From the NCBI GenBank assembly GCA_947627805.1, contig CANQXB010000003.1:1-41398 (forward strand): a stretch of DNA of 41,398 nt, read 5' to 3'. The DNA comes from an uncultured Bacilli bacterium. GTDB taxonomy: Bacteria; Bacillota_I; Bacilli_A; RF39; UBA660. Made by a program: the position numbers and the translations under genes. The notes below the pieces were generated by a model, which did no database searches, was not told the origin of the DNA, and saw nothing but the letters and a program-made list of their open reading frames with translations. This document shows, in pieces, positions 1 through 9,953 of this stretch. Each line of letters starts with the position of its first letter. Position 1 is the stretch's first letter.

Positions 1-615
1 AATATTGATACTTTAAAAATGATTGAACTTATAAGAGGTTGCTTAAATGAATTTGGGGGTATTGATAAAAATGGTCTCAGAATTTTAGCGCGTAAAGATT
101 ATCAATTTAAAGCCGGAGCCTTGCCAACTTTAGTTTACAGGACTCAACCAGATTATCTAAAAAATCCTCTTGGTGATAATTCTAAAAGAGGAAGAATAAT
201 TGCTGTTTTTGAAAATACTTCTCCTTACGATTTTTTAAGACATAAATATCATAATGTTAAACCAACAGGAAGAGATTTAAAACTACTTGAACATTTAATC
301 ATTGATTTGGAACTACCTCCCGCCGTAGTTAATGTCTTAATCGATTATGTTTTAAGAAAAAATAATAATAAACTTACCGCAGCTTATGTGGAAACAATCG
401 CTTCGCAATGGAAAAGGGCTAATTTGAAAACCGCTAAAGAGGCCATGGAGTTTGCGGAAAAAGAACACCAAAGAAGTTTAAAGAAAGCTACATCAAGTAC
501 TAAAAATACCGAAGTTATGAAAACCCCAATTTGGTTTAATCAAAAAATTGAAGATGAAAGTTTGAGTACGGAAGAAGAAGCTGAATTAAAAGATTTATTG
601 AAGGAGTTTAATTAA
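1..615 (+). CDS. dnaB: Replication initiation/helicase loader DnaB (Bacillus-type), C-terminal part, truncated at window start
   Basis: Frame is open from position 1. DnaB_2-like motif LPPAVVNVLIDYVL...YVETIASQW...KTAKEAM, C-terminal PIW motif, directly upstream of dnaI. Confidence 0.85.
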   Translation, partial: NIDTLKMIELIRGCLNEFGGIDKNGLRILARKDYQFKAGALPTLVYRTQPDYLKNPLGDNSKRGRIIAVFENTSPYDFLRHKYHNVKPTGRDLKLLEHLIIDLELPPAVVNVLIDYVLRKNNNKLTAAYVETIASQWKRANLKTAKEAMEFAEKEHQRSLKKATSSTKNTEVMKTPIWFNQKIEDESLSTEEEAELKDLLKEFN

Positions 616-616
616 G

Positions 617-1504
617 ATGGAACTAAAGATTGATAAAAAAACTGTAACAAAAGCTCAAGAAAAAGAATATTTAAAGGCGATGCAAAATGAAGAGTTTAAG
701 GGTCTAGTTAAAAAAATAAAAATTAAAGAAGTTGATGTTCAAAAAAATGTTATGAAATTAAATGATTCTTTAGAGGAATTAAATAATTGTAAAAAATGTT
801 CTAGTCTTTATGAATGTCAAAATAAAGTTAAAGGCTATGTCTATTTTCCCATAGTTTCCGAAAGCAATTTAGCCTTTTCTTATATTCCTTGTAAATATGA
901 AAAGAAAGCCCAAAAGGATAGGAATAATAAAAATACTAGCGAAAAATTAATTGCTAGTGCTCATCTAAAAGATATTAAAATTACTAAAAATAGAACGGAA
1001 GTAATTAAATGGATTAAAAATTTTTATGATAATTATAATCCTAATGGTTTTAATAAAGGGCTTTATTTACATGGTAATTTTGGAACGGGTAAAACTTATT
1101 TAATCGCCGCTTTGTTAAACGAAATTAAAACTAAATATAAAGTTAGAGTAGAAATTGTCTATGTGCCTGAATTACTTCGCAAATTAAAAGAAAATTTAAA
1201 TAGTGTGGGTGATAGATTATATGAACTTGAAAATGTTGATATCTTACTTTTAGATGATATTGGCGCAGAAAAAGTAACCGAATGGGGTCGTGATGAAATA
1301 ATCGGCACTATTTTGCAAACGAGAATGAATAATGGAATGACAACTTTCTTTACATCTAATTTAAATATAGAAGAACTTACTCACACTATGAGTATTACAA
1401 AAGAAAAAGAAGATGCGGTTAAAGCTAAACGTATAATTGAAAGAATAAAATATTTAACGCAAGATATTGAACTTTTAGGAAATAATTATCGAGAAGAAAA
1501 ATAA
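617..1504 (+). CDS. dnaI: Primosomal helicase loader DnaI
   Basis: N-terminal Cys cluster (CKKC..C..C), Walker A GNFGTGKT, Walker B LLLDDIGAE, W.RDEI and TFFTSN motifs; follows dnaB. Confidence 0.92.
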   Translation: MELKIDKKTVTKAQEKEYLKAMQNEEFKGLVKKIKIKEVDVQKNVMKLNDSLEELNNCKKCSSLYECQNKVKGYVYFPIVSESNLAFSYIPCKYEKKAQKDRNNKNTSEKLIASAHLKDIKITKNRTEVIKWIKNFYDNYNPNGFNKGLYLHGNFGTGKTYLIAALLNEIKTKYKVRVEIVYVPELLRKLKENLNSVGDRLYELENVDILLLDDIGAEKVTEWGRDEIIGTILQTRMNNGMTTFFTSNLNIEELTHTMSITKEKEDAVKAKRIIERIKYLTQDIELLGNNYREEK

Positions 1505-1643
1505 AATGATGGGAATTGACCCATCATTTTTTTGAAGTGGATTTAATAAGTTTAATAATAAAAAAATAAAAAAAGGGTAGAATAAATTGAAGGTAGGTTT
1601 TGTCACTACGAAAGGATAAAAATTATGTATAAATCCACTTCGA
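1497..1643 (-). ncRNA. Candidate ~145-nt sRNA
   Basis: Extended -10 TGcTATAAT on - strand (1650-1658), 12-bp terminal pairing 1534-1545/1630-1641, ends at the shared terminator; no credible ORF. Confidence 0.45.
1503..1533. terminator. Intrinsic terminator after dnaI, probably bidirectional
   Basis: AAAATGATGGG-aattga-CCCATCATTTT hairpin with a T-run on + and a T-rich run on -. Confidence 0.85.
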
Positions 1644-1726
1644 GGATGTATTATAGCAGAAAGAATATGCAAAAATTGTCAAATTTAGTCGAAGATGTTA
1701 AATTTTTTTATTTTTTTCAAAATTTA

Positions 1727-1740
1727 TAAACAAAAGTTCG
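1727..1740. promoter_or_regulatory. LexA (Cheo/SOS) box-like site upstream of recA
   Basis: TAAAC-AAAA-GTTCG resembles the firmicute CGAAC-N4-GTTCG consensus; ends 8 bp before the recA -35. Confidence 0.6.
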
Positions 1741-1748
1741 ATTTTATA

Positions 1749-1777
1749 TTGACATTCCGAAAAATCTAAGGTAAAAT
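1749..1777 (+). promoter_or_regulatory. sigmaA promoter of recA
   Basis: TTGACA-17bp-TAAAAT; RBS AAGGAG before the ATG at 1807. Confidence 0.85.
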
Positions 1778-1806
1778 TTAATTATCAGAGAGTGTGAAGG
1801 AGAAAT

Positions 1807-2841
1807 ATGAAAGCAAAAGAAAAAGATACAAAAAATACAGATAAAGCTTTAGAGCAAGTTTTAAAAGATATTGAAAAACAATTTGGGGCTGGAGCTATTA
1901 TGAAATTAGGAGGCGATGAACATATTAAAATTGATGTTACATCAACGGGTTCCATTGCCTTAGATATTGCTTTAGGTGTTGGTGGTTTTCCTAAAGGGAG
2001 AATAATTGAAATATATGGCCCCGAGTCATCTGGTAAAACAACGATTGCTTTACAAGCCATTGCCGAAGCTCAAAAAGCGGGAGGAAGAGCGGCTTTTATT
2101 GATGCGGAACATGCCCTTGACCCTGTTTATGCTAAAGCTTTAGGAGTTGATATTAATGAACTTTTATTAAGTCAACCTGACACTGGGGAACAAGCCTTAG
2201 AAATTTGTGATGCTTTAGTTAAAAGTGAAGCTATTGATATAGTCGTTATAGATTCTGTGGCGGCTTTAGTTCCTCAAGCCGAAATTGATGGGGAAATGGG
2301 CGATAGCCATGTGGGTCTTCAAGCAAGACTTATGTCTCAAGCTCTAAGAAAGTTATCGGGAACTTTAAATAAAACCAATACAACCGCAATATTTATTAAC
2401 CAATTAAGAGAGAAAGTCGGTGTTTTATTTGGAAATCCAGAAACTACTCCGGGAGGTAGAGCTTTAAAATTCTATGCGACAGTAAGATTAGATATCAGAA
2501 GAGGCGAGCAAATTAAACAAGGAGACCAAGTAGTAGGAAACAGGACTAATATTAAAGTAGTTAAAAATAAAGTGGCTCCACCATTTAAAACAGCGGGAGT
2601 AGACATTATGTATGGTGAAGGAATTAGTCATGAAGGAGAACTTGTAGACATTGGTAGTGAAATTGGTATAATAGAAAAAAGTGGAGCATGGTATGCTTAT
2701 AAAGAAGAAAAAATTGGTCAAGGAAAAGAAAATGTTAAAATGTTTTTACGAGAAAATCCTGATATAGCTAAAGAAATTGAAGACAAAATTTATGAACATT
2801 ATGGTTTTACAAAACCCGAAGAAAAAGAAGATGAAGATTAA
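1807..2841 (+). CDS. recA: Recombinase RecA
   Basis: [51 protein letters not shown] motifs. Confidence 0.99.
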   Translation: MKAKEKDTKNTDKALEQVLKDIEKQFGAGAIMKLGGDEHIKIDVTSTGSIALDIALGVGGFPKGRIIEIYGPESSGKTTIALQAIAEAQKAGGRAAFIDAEHALDPVYAKALGVDINELLLSQPDTGEQALEICDALVKSEAIDIVVIDSVAALVPQAEIDGEMGDSHVGLQARLMSQALRKLSGTLNKTNTTAIFINQLREKVGVLFGNPETTPGGRALKFYATVRLDIRRGEQIKQGDQVVGNRTNIKVVKNKVAPPFKTAGVDIMYGEGISHEGELVDIGSEIGIIEKSGAWYAYKEEKIGQGKENVKMFLRENPDIAKEIEDKIYEHYGFTKPEEKEDED

Positions 2842-2852
2842 ATCTTCTTTTT
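2822..2852 (+). terminator. Terminator overlapping the recA stop codon
   Basis: AAAAAGAAGAT...ATCTTCTTTTT inverted repeat ending in a T-run. Confidence 0.6.
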
Positions 2853-2912
2853 AAAAAAATTTTTAAAATACTTTTGTTTGTATTATTAGTTGAAAAGGGA
2901 GGTTTGGAAAAA

Positions 2913-3770
2913 ATGAAACAAGATAAAATGTATTTAATAAACAAATTATTTAATAATGAGACAATTAGAACCATATGGGATAAAGAACAAGAAAAGTATT
3001 ATGTAAGTATTATAGATTTAGTTGGTGTTTTATCTGAAAGTGAAAGGCCAAGAAAATATTGGAGTGATTTAAAAAGTAAATTAAAACAAGAGGGAAATGA
3101 AGTGTCCGAAAAAATCGGACAGTTGAAATTAAAATCAAAAGATGGCAAATATCGTCTAACTGATGTTTGTGATATTGAGGAAATGTTTAGAATAATTGAG
3201 TCGATTCCTAGCAAAAATGCTGAGCCAATAAAGGAATGGTTAGCTAAACTTGGTCGCGAAAGAATTGATGAAGTATTTAATCCATCACTTGCCGCTCAAA
3301 GAGCAATAGATTTATATAGAGTAAAAGGCTATGATGAAAAATGGATTTCTAAAAGAATTCAAAGTATTCAAGATAGAAAAGAACTTACGGATGTTTGGAA
3401 AGAAAATGGCATAAATGAAGATAAAGAATATGCTATTCTAACTAATGAAATATATAAAGAATGGTCTGGTATGACAGCAAAAGAATATAAAGAATTTAAG
3501 GGACTTAGAAAAGAATCTTTAAGAGATAATATGGACAGTCTAGAAGTATCTTTAGCCGATATAAGTGAAGAAGTAACTAAAAGATTGGCTATGAAAGAAC
3601 GTCCTCAAGGGTTACAAGAAAATATTAAAGTAGCCCGCAAGGGAGGAAAAGTTGCTAAAAATACAAGAAATGAAATTGAAAATTTACTTGGAGAACCAGT
3701 GGTTACTAGTCAAAATAAACTAAATTATCATTATGTTACAAAACCCAAAGAAATAGAAAATAAAGGTTAA
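2913..3770 (+). CDS. BRO-N / antirepressor-like DNA-binding protein with DinD-like C-terminus
   Basis: LFNNETIRTIWD...YYVSIIDLVGVL...PRKYWSDLK and RIIESIPSKNAEPIKEWLA are typical of BRO-family proteins. Start moved to ATG 2913 behind RBS GGGAGG. Confidence 0.75.
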   Translation: MKQDKMYLINKLFNNETIRTIWDKEQEKYYVSIIDLVGVLSESERPRKYWSDLKSKLKQEGNEVSEKIGQLKLKSKDGKYRLTDVCDIEEMFRIIESIPSKNAEPIKEWLAKLGRERIDEVFNPSLAAQRAIDLYRVKGYDEKWISKRIQSIQDRKELTDVWKENGINEDKEYAILTNEIYKEWSGMTAKEYKEFKGLRKESLRDNMDSLEVSLADISEEVTKRLAMKERPQGLQENIKVARKGGKVAKNTRNEIENLLGEPVVTSQNKLNYHYVTKPKEIENKG

Positions 3771-3816
3771 AAATAAAATAAATTTAAATAATAACTATTT
3801 TATTAAACTTTTTACC

Positions 3817-3845
3817 TTGATAAAATACCCATTTAAGATTATAAT
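3817..3845 (+). promoter_or_regulatory. sigmaA promoter of rny
   Basis: TTGATA-17bp-TATAAT. Confidence 0.75.
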
Positions 3846-3923
3846 TAGATTATGGATAATTATAATTATATTTATTATATTTTATAAATTTTCTGTAAAA
3901 AAAATTAGAAATGGAGTGAGAGA

Positions 3924-5477
3924 ATGGATAATATAGCCGTTATCATCTTATTTCTATTTCTTGGAATTTTTATTGGAGCCTTATTAGTTTTTTTAGTTAA
4001 TCATTTCAAAGGGGTAAGTGCCGAAAGAAATGCTAATAAATTACTAGAAGATGCTAAAAAAGAGGCTGATAAACATAAGAGAGATTCTCTTTTAGAATTA
4101 AAAGAAGAATCATATAAATTAAAACAACAAACTAATGAAGAAATTAAAGAAAGAAAAAAGGAACTTAAAGAAAGTGAAGACCGCCTTATCAGTAGAGAAA
4201 ACAACTTAGATAAAAGAGAAGAAATGTTACAAAAGAAAGATATGGCTTTAGAAGAAAAAGAAAATAATTTGTTAGTTAGAGGACAAAGTTTACAAGAAAA
4301 AGAAGATAAGATGGACAAAATCCTAAAAGAAGAAGTACAAGAACTAGAAAAGATTTCTGGTTTAAGTAAGGAAAAAGCCCATGATTTAATTATGGCTAGA
4401 GTTGAATCAGATATGGCTTTAGAAATCTCTGAGTATATTAGAGATGAAGAAGAAAAAGCAAAAGTTACTGCTAATGACAAAGCAAAACAACTTATTGTTA
4501 ATAGCATGGAACGTTATGCTGATGATGTAGTAGGAGTACAAACTGTTTCTACTATTGATTTACCAAATGATGAAATGAAAGGAAGACTAATTGGAAGAGA
4601 AGGAAGAAATATAAGAACCTTTGAATCTGTAACTGGTGTTGATTTAATAATTGATGATACTCCAGAAGCGATTGTTATTTCTTCATTTGACCCTTTAAGA
4701 AGAGAGATTGCGAAACAAACAATTGAAACTTTAATTAAAGATGGTCGAATTCATCCAAGTAGAATTGAAGAAGTCTATGATAAGACTTGCAAAGATATTA
4801 ATAACAAGATTACGGAACTTGGTAATAAAGCAATTACGGATTTAGGTATTGCTAAAATGGATGTGGAACTAATTAATTTAGTTGGTAAACTTAATTTTAG
4901 AACTAGTTATGGTCAAAATGCTTTACAACATTCTATTGAAGTTGCTAACCTTTGTGGTTTAATGGCTTCCGAACTTGGAGAAAATATTACTCTTGCTAAA
5001 AGAGCTGGTTTACTTCATGATATAGGTAAAGCTATTGATTTTGAAGTTGAAGGAAGCCATGTGGAAATTGGTGAACAAATTGCTAAGAAATATCATGAAA
5101 ATGAAGTGGTAATTGATGCCATTACTTCCCATCATGGTGATAAAGACCCTAAATCAATTATTGCAGTTTTAGTTAGTGTTGCAGATACCTTATCTGCCGC
5201 TCGTCCTGGAGCACGAAATGATTCAGTGGAAAATTACATTAAACGTTTAGAGCAATTAGAGGAAATTGGTAACTCATTTGAAGGTGTTGAAAAAGCCTAT
5301 GCAATGCAAGCCGGAAGAGAAATCAGAGTTATGGTTAAGCCTGGAGAAATTGATGATACAAACAGTTATCGAATAGCGCGCGAAATGAAAGATAAAATTG
5401 AAGCGGAAATGCAATATCCAGGAACTATTAAAGTTACTGTAATAAGAGAAACAAGAGCACAAGAAGAGGCTAAATAA
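3924..5477 (+). CDS. rny: Ribonuclease Y
   Basis: N-terminal TM helix, coiled coil, KH motif DEMKGRLIGREGRNIR, HD motif GLLHDIGK, C-terminal YPGTIKVTVIRETRA. Confidence 0.98.
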   Translation: MDNIAVIILFLFLGIFIGALLVFLVNHFKGVSAERNANKLLEDAKKEADKHKRDSLLELKEESYKLKQQTNEEIKERKKELKESEDRLISRENNLDKREEMLQKKDMALEEKENNLLVRGQSLQEKEDKMDKILKEEVQELEKISGLSKEKAHDLIMARVESDMALEISEYIRDEEEKAKVTANDKAKQLIVNSMERYADDVVGVQTVSTIDLPNDEMKGRLIGREGRNIRTFESVTGVDLIIDDTPEAIVISSFDPLRREIAKQTIETLIKDGRIHPSRIEEVYDKTCKDINNKITELGNKAITDLGIAKMDVELINLVGKLNFRTSYGQNALQHSIEVANLCGLMASELGENITLAKRAGLLHDIGKAIDFEVEGSHVEIGEQIAKKYHENEVVIDAITSHHGDKDPKSIIAVLVSVADTLSAARPGARNDSVENYIKRLEQLEEIGNSFEGVEKAYAMQAGREIRVMVKPGEIDDTNSYRIAREMKDKIEAEMQYPGTIKVTVIRETRAQEEAK

Positions 5478-5516
5478 AGCTTCTTTTTTTATAATAAAAA
5501 AACCCTTAAAGGGTTT
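5464..5516. terminator. Convergent terminators of rny (+) and rnj (-)
   Basis: AAGAGGC/GCTTCTT stem plus T-run; AAACCC-ttaaa-GGGTTT preceded by an A-run. Confidence 0.65.
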
Positions 5517-7191
5517 AATCTTCTTTTTTGTTTACTTCCATAATAACAGGAAGGATTATGGGTCTTCTTCCAGTTAGTTCATTAATATATGGTAATAGTT
5601 CTAAAATAATTTGATTTTTTAAATCGGTATAATTATATAAAGATGTCTTTAAGAAATTATTAACAATTTCACTTATTTTATGTTCAATTTTAGTCATTAA
5701 TTCTTGATTTTCATTTACTAAAACGAATCCTCTGGCGGTAACATTAGGCTTAATTAAAAGTTTTCTTGTCAAAGTATTAATATTTAAGATAGTTATTAAA
5801 ATACCATCTTGACTCATTAATTTCCGGTCTTTAATAACCACACTTCCGACATCACCAACTCTAGAACCATCGACATAAACATCACCAGATGGAACTGTGC
5901 CACCTCTTGTAACAACTCCATTATTTAAAAGTAAAACATCACCATTACTACAAATGAAAGTATTTTCTTCTGGAATATCACACATTTTAGCAATATTAGC
6001 ATGTTGTTTTAACATTCTAAATTCGCCATGCATAGGCATAAAATATTTAGGTTTAATAATCCTTAGCATCCATTTTAATTCTTCTAATTTAGCATGTCCA
6101 GAAGTATGAATATCACTGAATTCTGAATTAGTAAATACTTTAACACCTTTTAAATATATTTTATTAATTATACGATTGATGCTTTCGGCATTACCAGGAA
6201 TAGGACTAGATGAGAAAATAACTAAATCATCAGGTAGGAGGGAAATTTGTTTATGAGTTCCATTAGCGATTCTTGATAAGGCCGCGAGTGGTTCACCTTG
6301 ACTTCCCGTACATAAAATACAAATTTCATTCCGTTTTAAACTTTTGGCCCCATTATTATCGATAAATATTGATTTATCTGAAATTAAATGGTTGTTTAAA
6401 GCTAGTTCAATAGAAGTTTCCATACTTCTTCCGAAAACAATTATTTTTCGATTATATTTTTTACAAGTTTCAACTATATGCTTAACTCGATAGATGTTGG
6501 AAGCAAAGGTTGCAATAATAACTCTTCCGACATGACGACCAATAATATCATTTAAAGTTTCATCAACAACCGATTCACTATTAGAAAAACCAGTGGAAAG
6601 AGCATTAGTGGAATCACTAAGTAAAAGAGTTACACCTTTTTTACCAAGTTCAGCCATTTTATGAATATCGGCCATTGGACCAATTGGAGTTAAGTCAAAT
6701 TTAAAATCGCCAGTTTCAAAGATAACTCCATTCGGAGTATGAACAACAATGGCAAAACTATCAGGAATAGAGTGAGTTGTATTAACAAACTCTATTTCAA
6801 AATGTTTAAATTTAACTACTAAATCTTTATTAATTATTTCTAAATTAGAATAATTAATACCTCTTTCATCTAATTTTTTAACAATTAAATCATTAGCAAT
6901 TTTGGGAGCATAAATAACCGGTATTTTAACTTGATTTAGTAAAAATGGAATGCCTCCAATATGGTCTTCATGACCGTGAGTTATAAATAAAGCCTTAATT
7001 TTATTTTCATTTTGTTTTAAGTAAGTTATGTCTTGAATAACATAATCAACTCCCAGTAAGCCTACTTCTGGAAACATAACCCCGGCATCAATAATGATTA
7101 ATTCATCATCATGGGTTATAACATACATGTTTTTTCCGACTTCACCAAGACCGCCTAAACTAACGAGCGAAGTCGCAATATTTTCTTTCAT
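5515..7191 (-). CDS. rnj: Ribonuclease J
   Basis: LGGLGEVGKN, THGHEDHIG, HSIPD, GDFK, GSQGEP, HTSGH, PMHGE beta-CASP metallo-beta-lactamase motifs. Confidence 0.97.
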   Translation of the reverse strand: MKENIATSLVSLGGLGEVGKNMYVITHDDELIIIDAGVMFPEVGLLGVDYVIQDITYLKQNENKIKALFITHGHEDHIGGIPFLLNQVKIPVIYAPKIANDLIVKKLDERGINYSNLEIINKDLVVKFKHFEIEFVNTTHSIPDSFAIVVHTPNGVIFETGDFKFDLTPIGPMADIHKMAELGKKGVTLLLSDSTNALSTGFSNSESVVDETLNDIIGRHVGRVIIATFASNIYRVKHIVETCKKYNRKIIVFGRSMETSIELALNNHLISDKSIFIDNNGAKSLKRNEICILCTGSQGEPLAALSRIANGTHKQISLLPDDLVIFSSSPIPGNAESINRIINKIYLKGVKVFTNSEFSDIHTSGHAKLEELKWMLRIIKPKYFMPMHGEFRMLKQHANIAKMCDIPEENTFICSNGDVLLLNNGVVTRGGTVPSGDVYVDGSRVGDVGSVVIKDRKLMSQDGILITILNINTLTRKLLIKPNVTARGFVLVNENQELMTKIEHKISEIVNNFLKTSLYNYTDLKNQIILELLPYINELTGRRPIILPVIMEVNKKED

Positions 7192-7236
7192 AATTTCCCT
7201 CTTTCTTAAAATAAAAAAGTTTTTTAACTGATATTA

Positions 7237-7265
7237 ATTATATCTTAATTTCTGAAAAATGTCTA
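7237..7265 (-). promoter_or_regulatory. sigmaA promoter of rnj
   Basis: TAGACA-17bp-TATAAT on the - strand. Confidence 0.75.
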
Positions 7266-7328
7266 CTATTTATGTAAAAAGAGTTTTAAATAATGTCAAA
7301 TTTTGATATGATTAAAGAGGTGATATTT

Positions 7329-8321
7329 ATGGGTTTATTTAATAAATTAAAAAACTTAGTAAGTAAAAAAGAAGAAGTTCAAGATAAAAAAGAACAAGAA
7401 GAAATAAAGAATTATGAGCAAGGATTAAAAAAGACGAGAGAAGAATTTGTTTCCAAATTAAATATTTTAGGAATTAAATATACTAAAGTATCGGAAGAAT
7501 ATTTTGAAGAATTAGAAAACATTTTAATTATGGCTGACATTGGGGTTAATACCGTCATGAAATTTATGGATAAATTAAGAGACCGCGTAAAACATGAAAA
7601 TATTAAAGATACTGCTTATTTAAAAGAAGTAATCGTGGATGAACTATTAGTAATATATGTGGAAGGTGAAAGTTTATCTGATAAAATTAAAATGAATGAA
7701 AATGGACCAACTGTTATTTTAATGGTGGGTGTAAATGGAGTGGGTAAAACCACCACGATTGCTAAACTGGCTCATAAATATGGAGAAGAAGGTAAAAAAG
7801 TTATGTTAATTGCTGGCGATACTTTTAGAGCGGGTGCCGTTAATCAATTAGAAATTTGGGCCAAAAGAACTAACTCTTTATTCTATGGTAAAGAGGGAAG
7901 TGATCCAGCAAGTGTTGTTTATGATGGTTTAGTGGAAGCTAAAGAAAAAAATGTTGATATTGTTTTAATTGATACGGCCGGAAGACTTCAAAATAAAGTT
8001 AATTTAATGAAAGAACTCGAAAAAATTAATAAAGTTATTAGTACCCATATTGAAGGGGCCCCTCAAGAAACATTACTCGTAATTGATGCGGCGACCGGTC
8101 AAAACGGCATTATGCAAGCTAAAGCTTTCAAGGAAATTACGAATATTACAGGAATCGTTTTAACGAAACTTGATGGAACTGCTAAAGGGGGAATCGTTTT
8201 AGCGATTAAAGAAGAAGTTAATTTACCAGTTAAATTTATTGGTTTAGGAGAAAAAATGACGGATTTAAAACCCTTTGATATTGAAAATTATATATATGGT
8301 TTATTTAAGGACATGGTTTAA
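7329..8321 (+). CDS. ftsY: SRP receptor FtsY
   Basis: GVNGVGKTTT, DTFRAGA, DTAGRLQN, TKLDGTAKGG. Start moved to ATG 7329 behind RBS GAGGTG. Confidence 0.97.
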   Translation: MGLFNKLKNLVSKKEEVQDKKEQEEIKNYEQGLKKTREEFVSKLNILGIKYTKVSEEYFEELENILIMADIGVNTVMKFMDKLRDRVKHENIKDTAYLKEVIVDELLVIYVEGESLSDKIKMNENGPTVILMVGVNGVGKTTTIAKLAHKYGEEGKKVMLIAGDTFRAGAVNQLEIWAKRTNSLFYGKEGSDPASVVYDGLVEAKEKNVDIVLIDTAGRLQNKVNLMKELEKINKVISTHIEGAPQETLLVIDAATGQNGIMQAKAFKEITNITGIVLTKLDGTAKGGIVLAIKEEVNLPVKFIGLGEKMTDLKPFDIENYIYGLFKDMV

Positions 8322-8623
8322 TGGAAAAGTTTTTATATTATAATGCTTTATATTTAATATATAAAGATTTACTAAATGATAATAATAAAGAAGTATTTGA
8401 TAATTACTATGGTAATGATATGACCATGCAAGAAATTGCGGATTTAAAGCATATATCGAAATCGCGAGTAGGAGTTATCATTAAAAATGTGGAAAGAAAA
8501 TTAGATAAATACGAAAGTGTTTTAAAAATATATGCTAAGAATGAAAAGTTAAATAATTTATTAAAATTGGATGATATTAATAAGATGAAAAAAGGTATTG
8601 AAGAAATACTAAAAGGAGAATAA
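8321..8623 (+). CDS. ylxM: YlxM family SRP-associated HTH protein
   Basis: About 100 aa, sigma70-r4-like HTH (YY.NDMTMQEIA...ISKSRV), conserved position between ftsY and ffh. Confidence 0.8.
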   Translation: MEKFLYYNALYLIYKDLLNDNNKEVFDNYYGNDMTMQEIADLKHISKSRVGVIIKNVERKLDKYESVLKIYAKNEKLNNLLKLDDINKMKKGIEEILKGE

Positions 8624-8625
8624 TT

Positions 8626-9933
8626 ATGTTTGAATATATGGGAGATAGATTAAGTAAAGCCATTAAAAATATTCGAGGTTTAGGCAAAATAACCGAAGAT
8701 AATATTAATGATGCAATGAAAGAAATTAGACTTGCCTTACTGGAAGCTGATGTTAACTATATGGTTGTTAAAGAATTTGTGGCCTCAGTTAAAGAAAAAG
8801 CTTTAGGAATGGAAGTTGAAAAAAGTTTAAAACCAGATGAAGTATTCATTAAAATAGTGAAAGATGAATTAGTGTCTTTACTTGGGGGAGATTATGTTCC
8901 TTTAGATACTAAAGAAAATTTTGAAGTAATTATGTTATGTGGTCTTCAAGGTAGTGGAAAAACTACAACAGCGGGAAAACTAGCCAATCTTTTAAGAAAA
9001 AAATATAATCGGAAACCTCTTTTGATTGCGGGTGATATCTATCGTCCGGCAGCCATAAAACAATTAGAAGATATAGCGACTTCTTTAAATATACCGGTTT
9101 TTAAAGAAGATAAGAAAAATGTTTTAGAAATTGTCAATGATGGAATAAGTTATGCTAAAGATAATAATTTAGATTATGTAATTGTAGATACAGCGGGACG
9201 TTTACAAATTGATGAAAAATTAATGGAAGAACTTAAAGAAATAGCTTCCAATGTTAAATTAAATGAAATAATTTTAGTTATTGATGCCATGATGGGCCAA
9301 GATGCTATTAATGTTATTACGGGATTTAATGATGCCTTAAATTTAACAGGTTGTATTTTAACCAAAATGGATGGTGATACTAAAGGGGGAGTAGCTCTTT
9401 CCTTAAGACATCTTACAAATGTCCCAATTAAATTTGTTGGGGATTCTGAAAAAATGGATGGTTTAAGTGAATTTTATCCTGAAAGAATGGCCGAAAGAAT
9501 TTTAGATATGGGTGATATTCTATCGATTGCGGAAAAGGTCGAAGGAATTGTCTCTGAAGAAGAAGCTTTAGAACAAGCAAAAAAAATGAAAACGGGAAGT
9601 TTTGACTTAGAAGATTTCTTAACAACTTTTAAGCAAATAAGAAAGTTAGGCCCTTTAGAAAACATTATTAAAATGCTTCCTCAAGCAAGAAGTATGGGTT
9701 TAAATAATATTTCGGTAGACCCTAAAGATATGGCTCACATTGAAGCTATCATTTTATCTATGACTCCGTACGAAAGAAGACATCCGGAAGTTTTAAAAGC
9801 GACCCGTAAACAAAGAATTGCTAAAGGAAGTGGCCGAAGTGTTGAAGAAGTAAATCGCCTTTTAAAACAATTTGAAATGATGAAAAGTATGATGAAAAAT
9901 ATTAGTAATGGTAAAATGAAAATGCCATTTTAA
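8626..9933 (+). CDS. ffh: Signal recognition particle protein Ffh
   Basis: LLEADVN, GLQGSGKTTT, DTAGRL, Met-rich M domain with RIAKGSG. Confidence 0.98.
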   Translation: MFEYMGDRLSKAIKNIRGLGKITEDNINDAMKEIRLALLEADVNYMVVKEFVASVKEKALGMEVEKSLKPDEVFIKIVKDELVSLLGGDYVPLDTKENFEVIMLCGLQGSGKTTTAGKLANLLRKKYNRKPLLIAGDIYRPAAIKQLEDIATSLNIPVFKEDKKNVLEIVNDGISYAKDNNLDYVIVDTAGRLQIDEKLMEELKEIASNVKLNEIILVIDAMMGQDAINVITGFNDALNLTGCILTKMDGDTKGGVALSLRHLTNVPIKFVGDSEKMDGLSEFYPERMAERILDMGDILSIAEKVEGIVSEEEALEQAKKMKTGSFDLEDFLTTFKQIRKLGPLENIIKMLPQARSMGLNNISVDPKDMAHIEAIILSMTPYERRHPEVLKATRKQRIAKGSGRSVEEVNRLLKQFEMMKSMMKNISNGKMKMPF

Positions 9934-9953
9934 ATAAAGAAAGTAGTTAAAAA

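Noticed and set aside
1475-1672. 65-aa hydrophobic ORF on the - strand, a possible type I toxin
   Set aside because: No RBS, it starts upstream of the - strand -10 and crosses a terminator; hydrophobicity comes from the A-rich opposite strand.
1785-9665. Short antisense or out-of-frame ORFs inside recA, the BRO gene, rny, rnj, ffh (and similar ones in secE, polA, hup, tagA, wzt)
   Set aside because: Shadow ORFs overlapping well-supported genes, with no RBS or motif.
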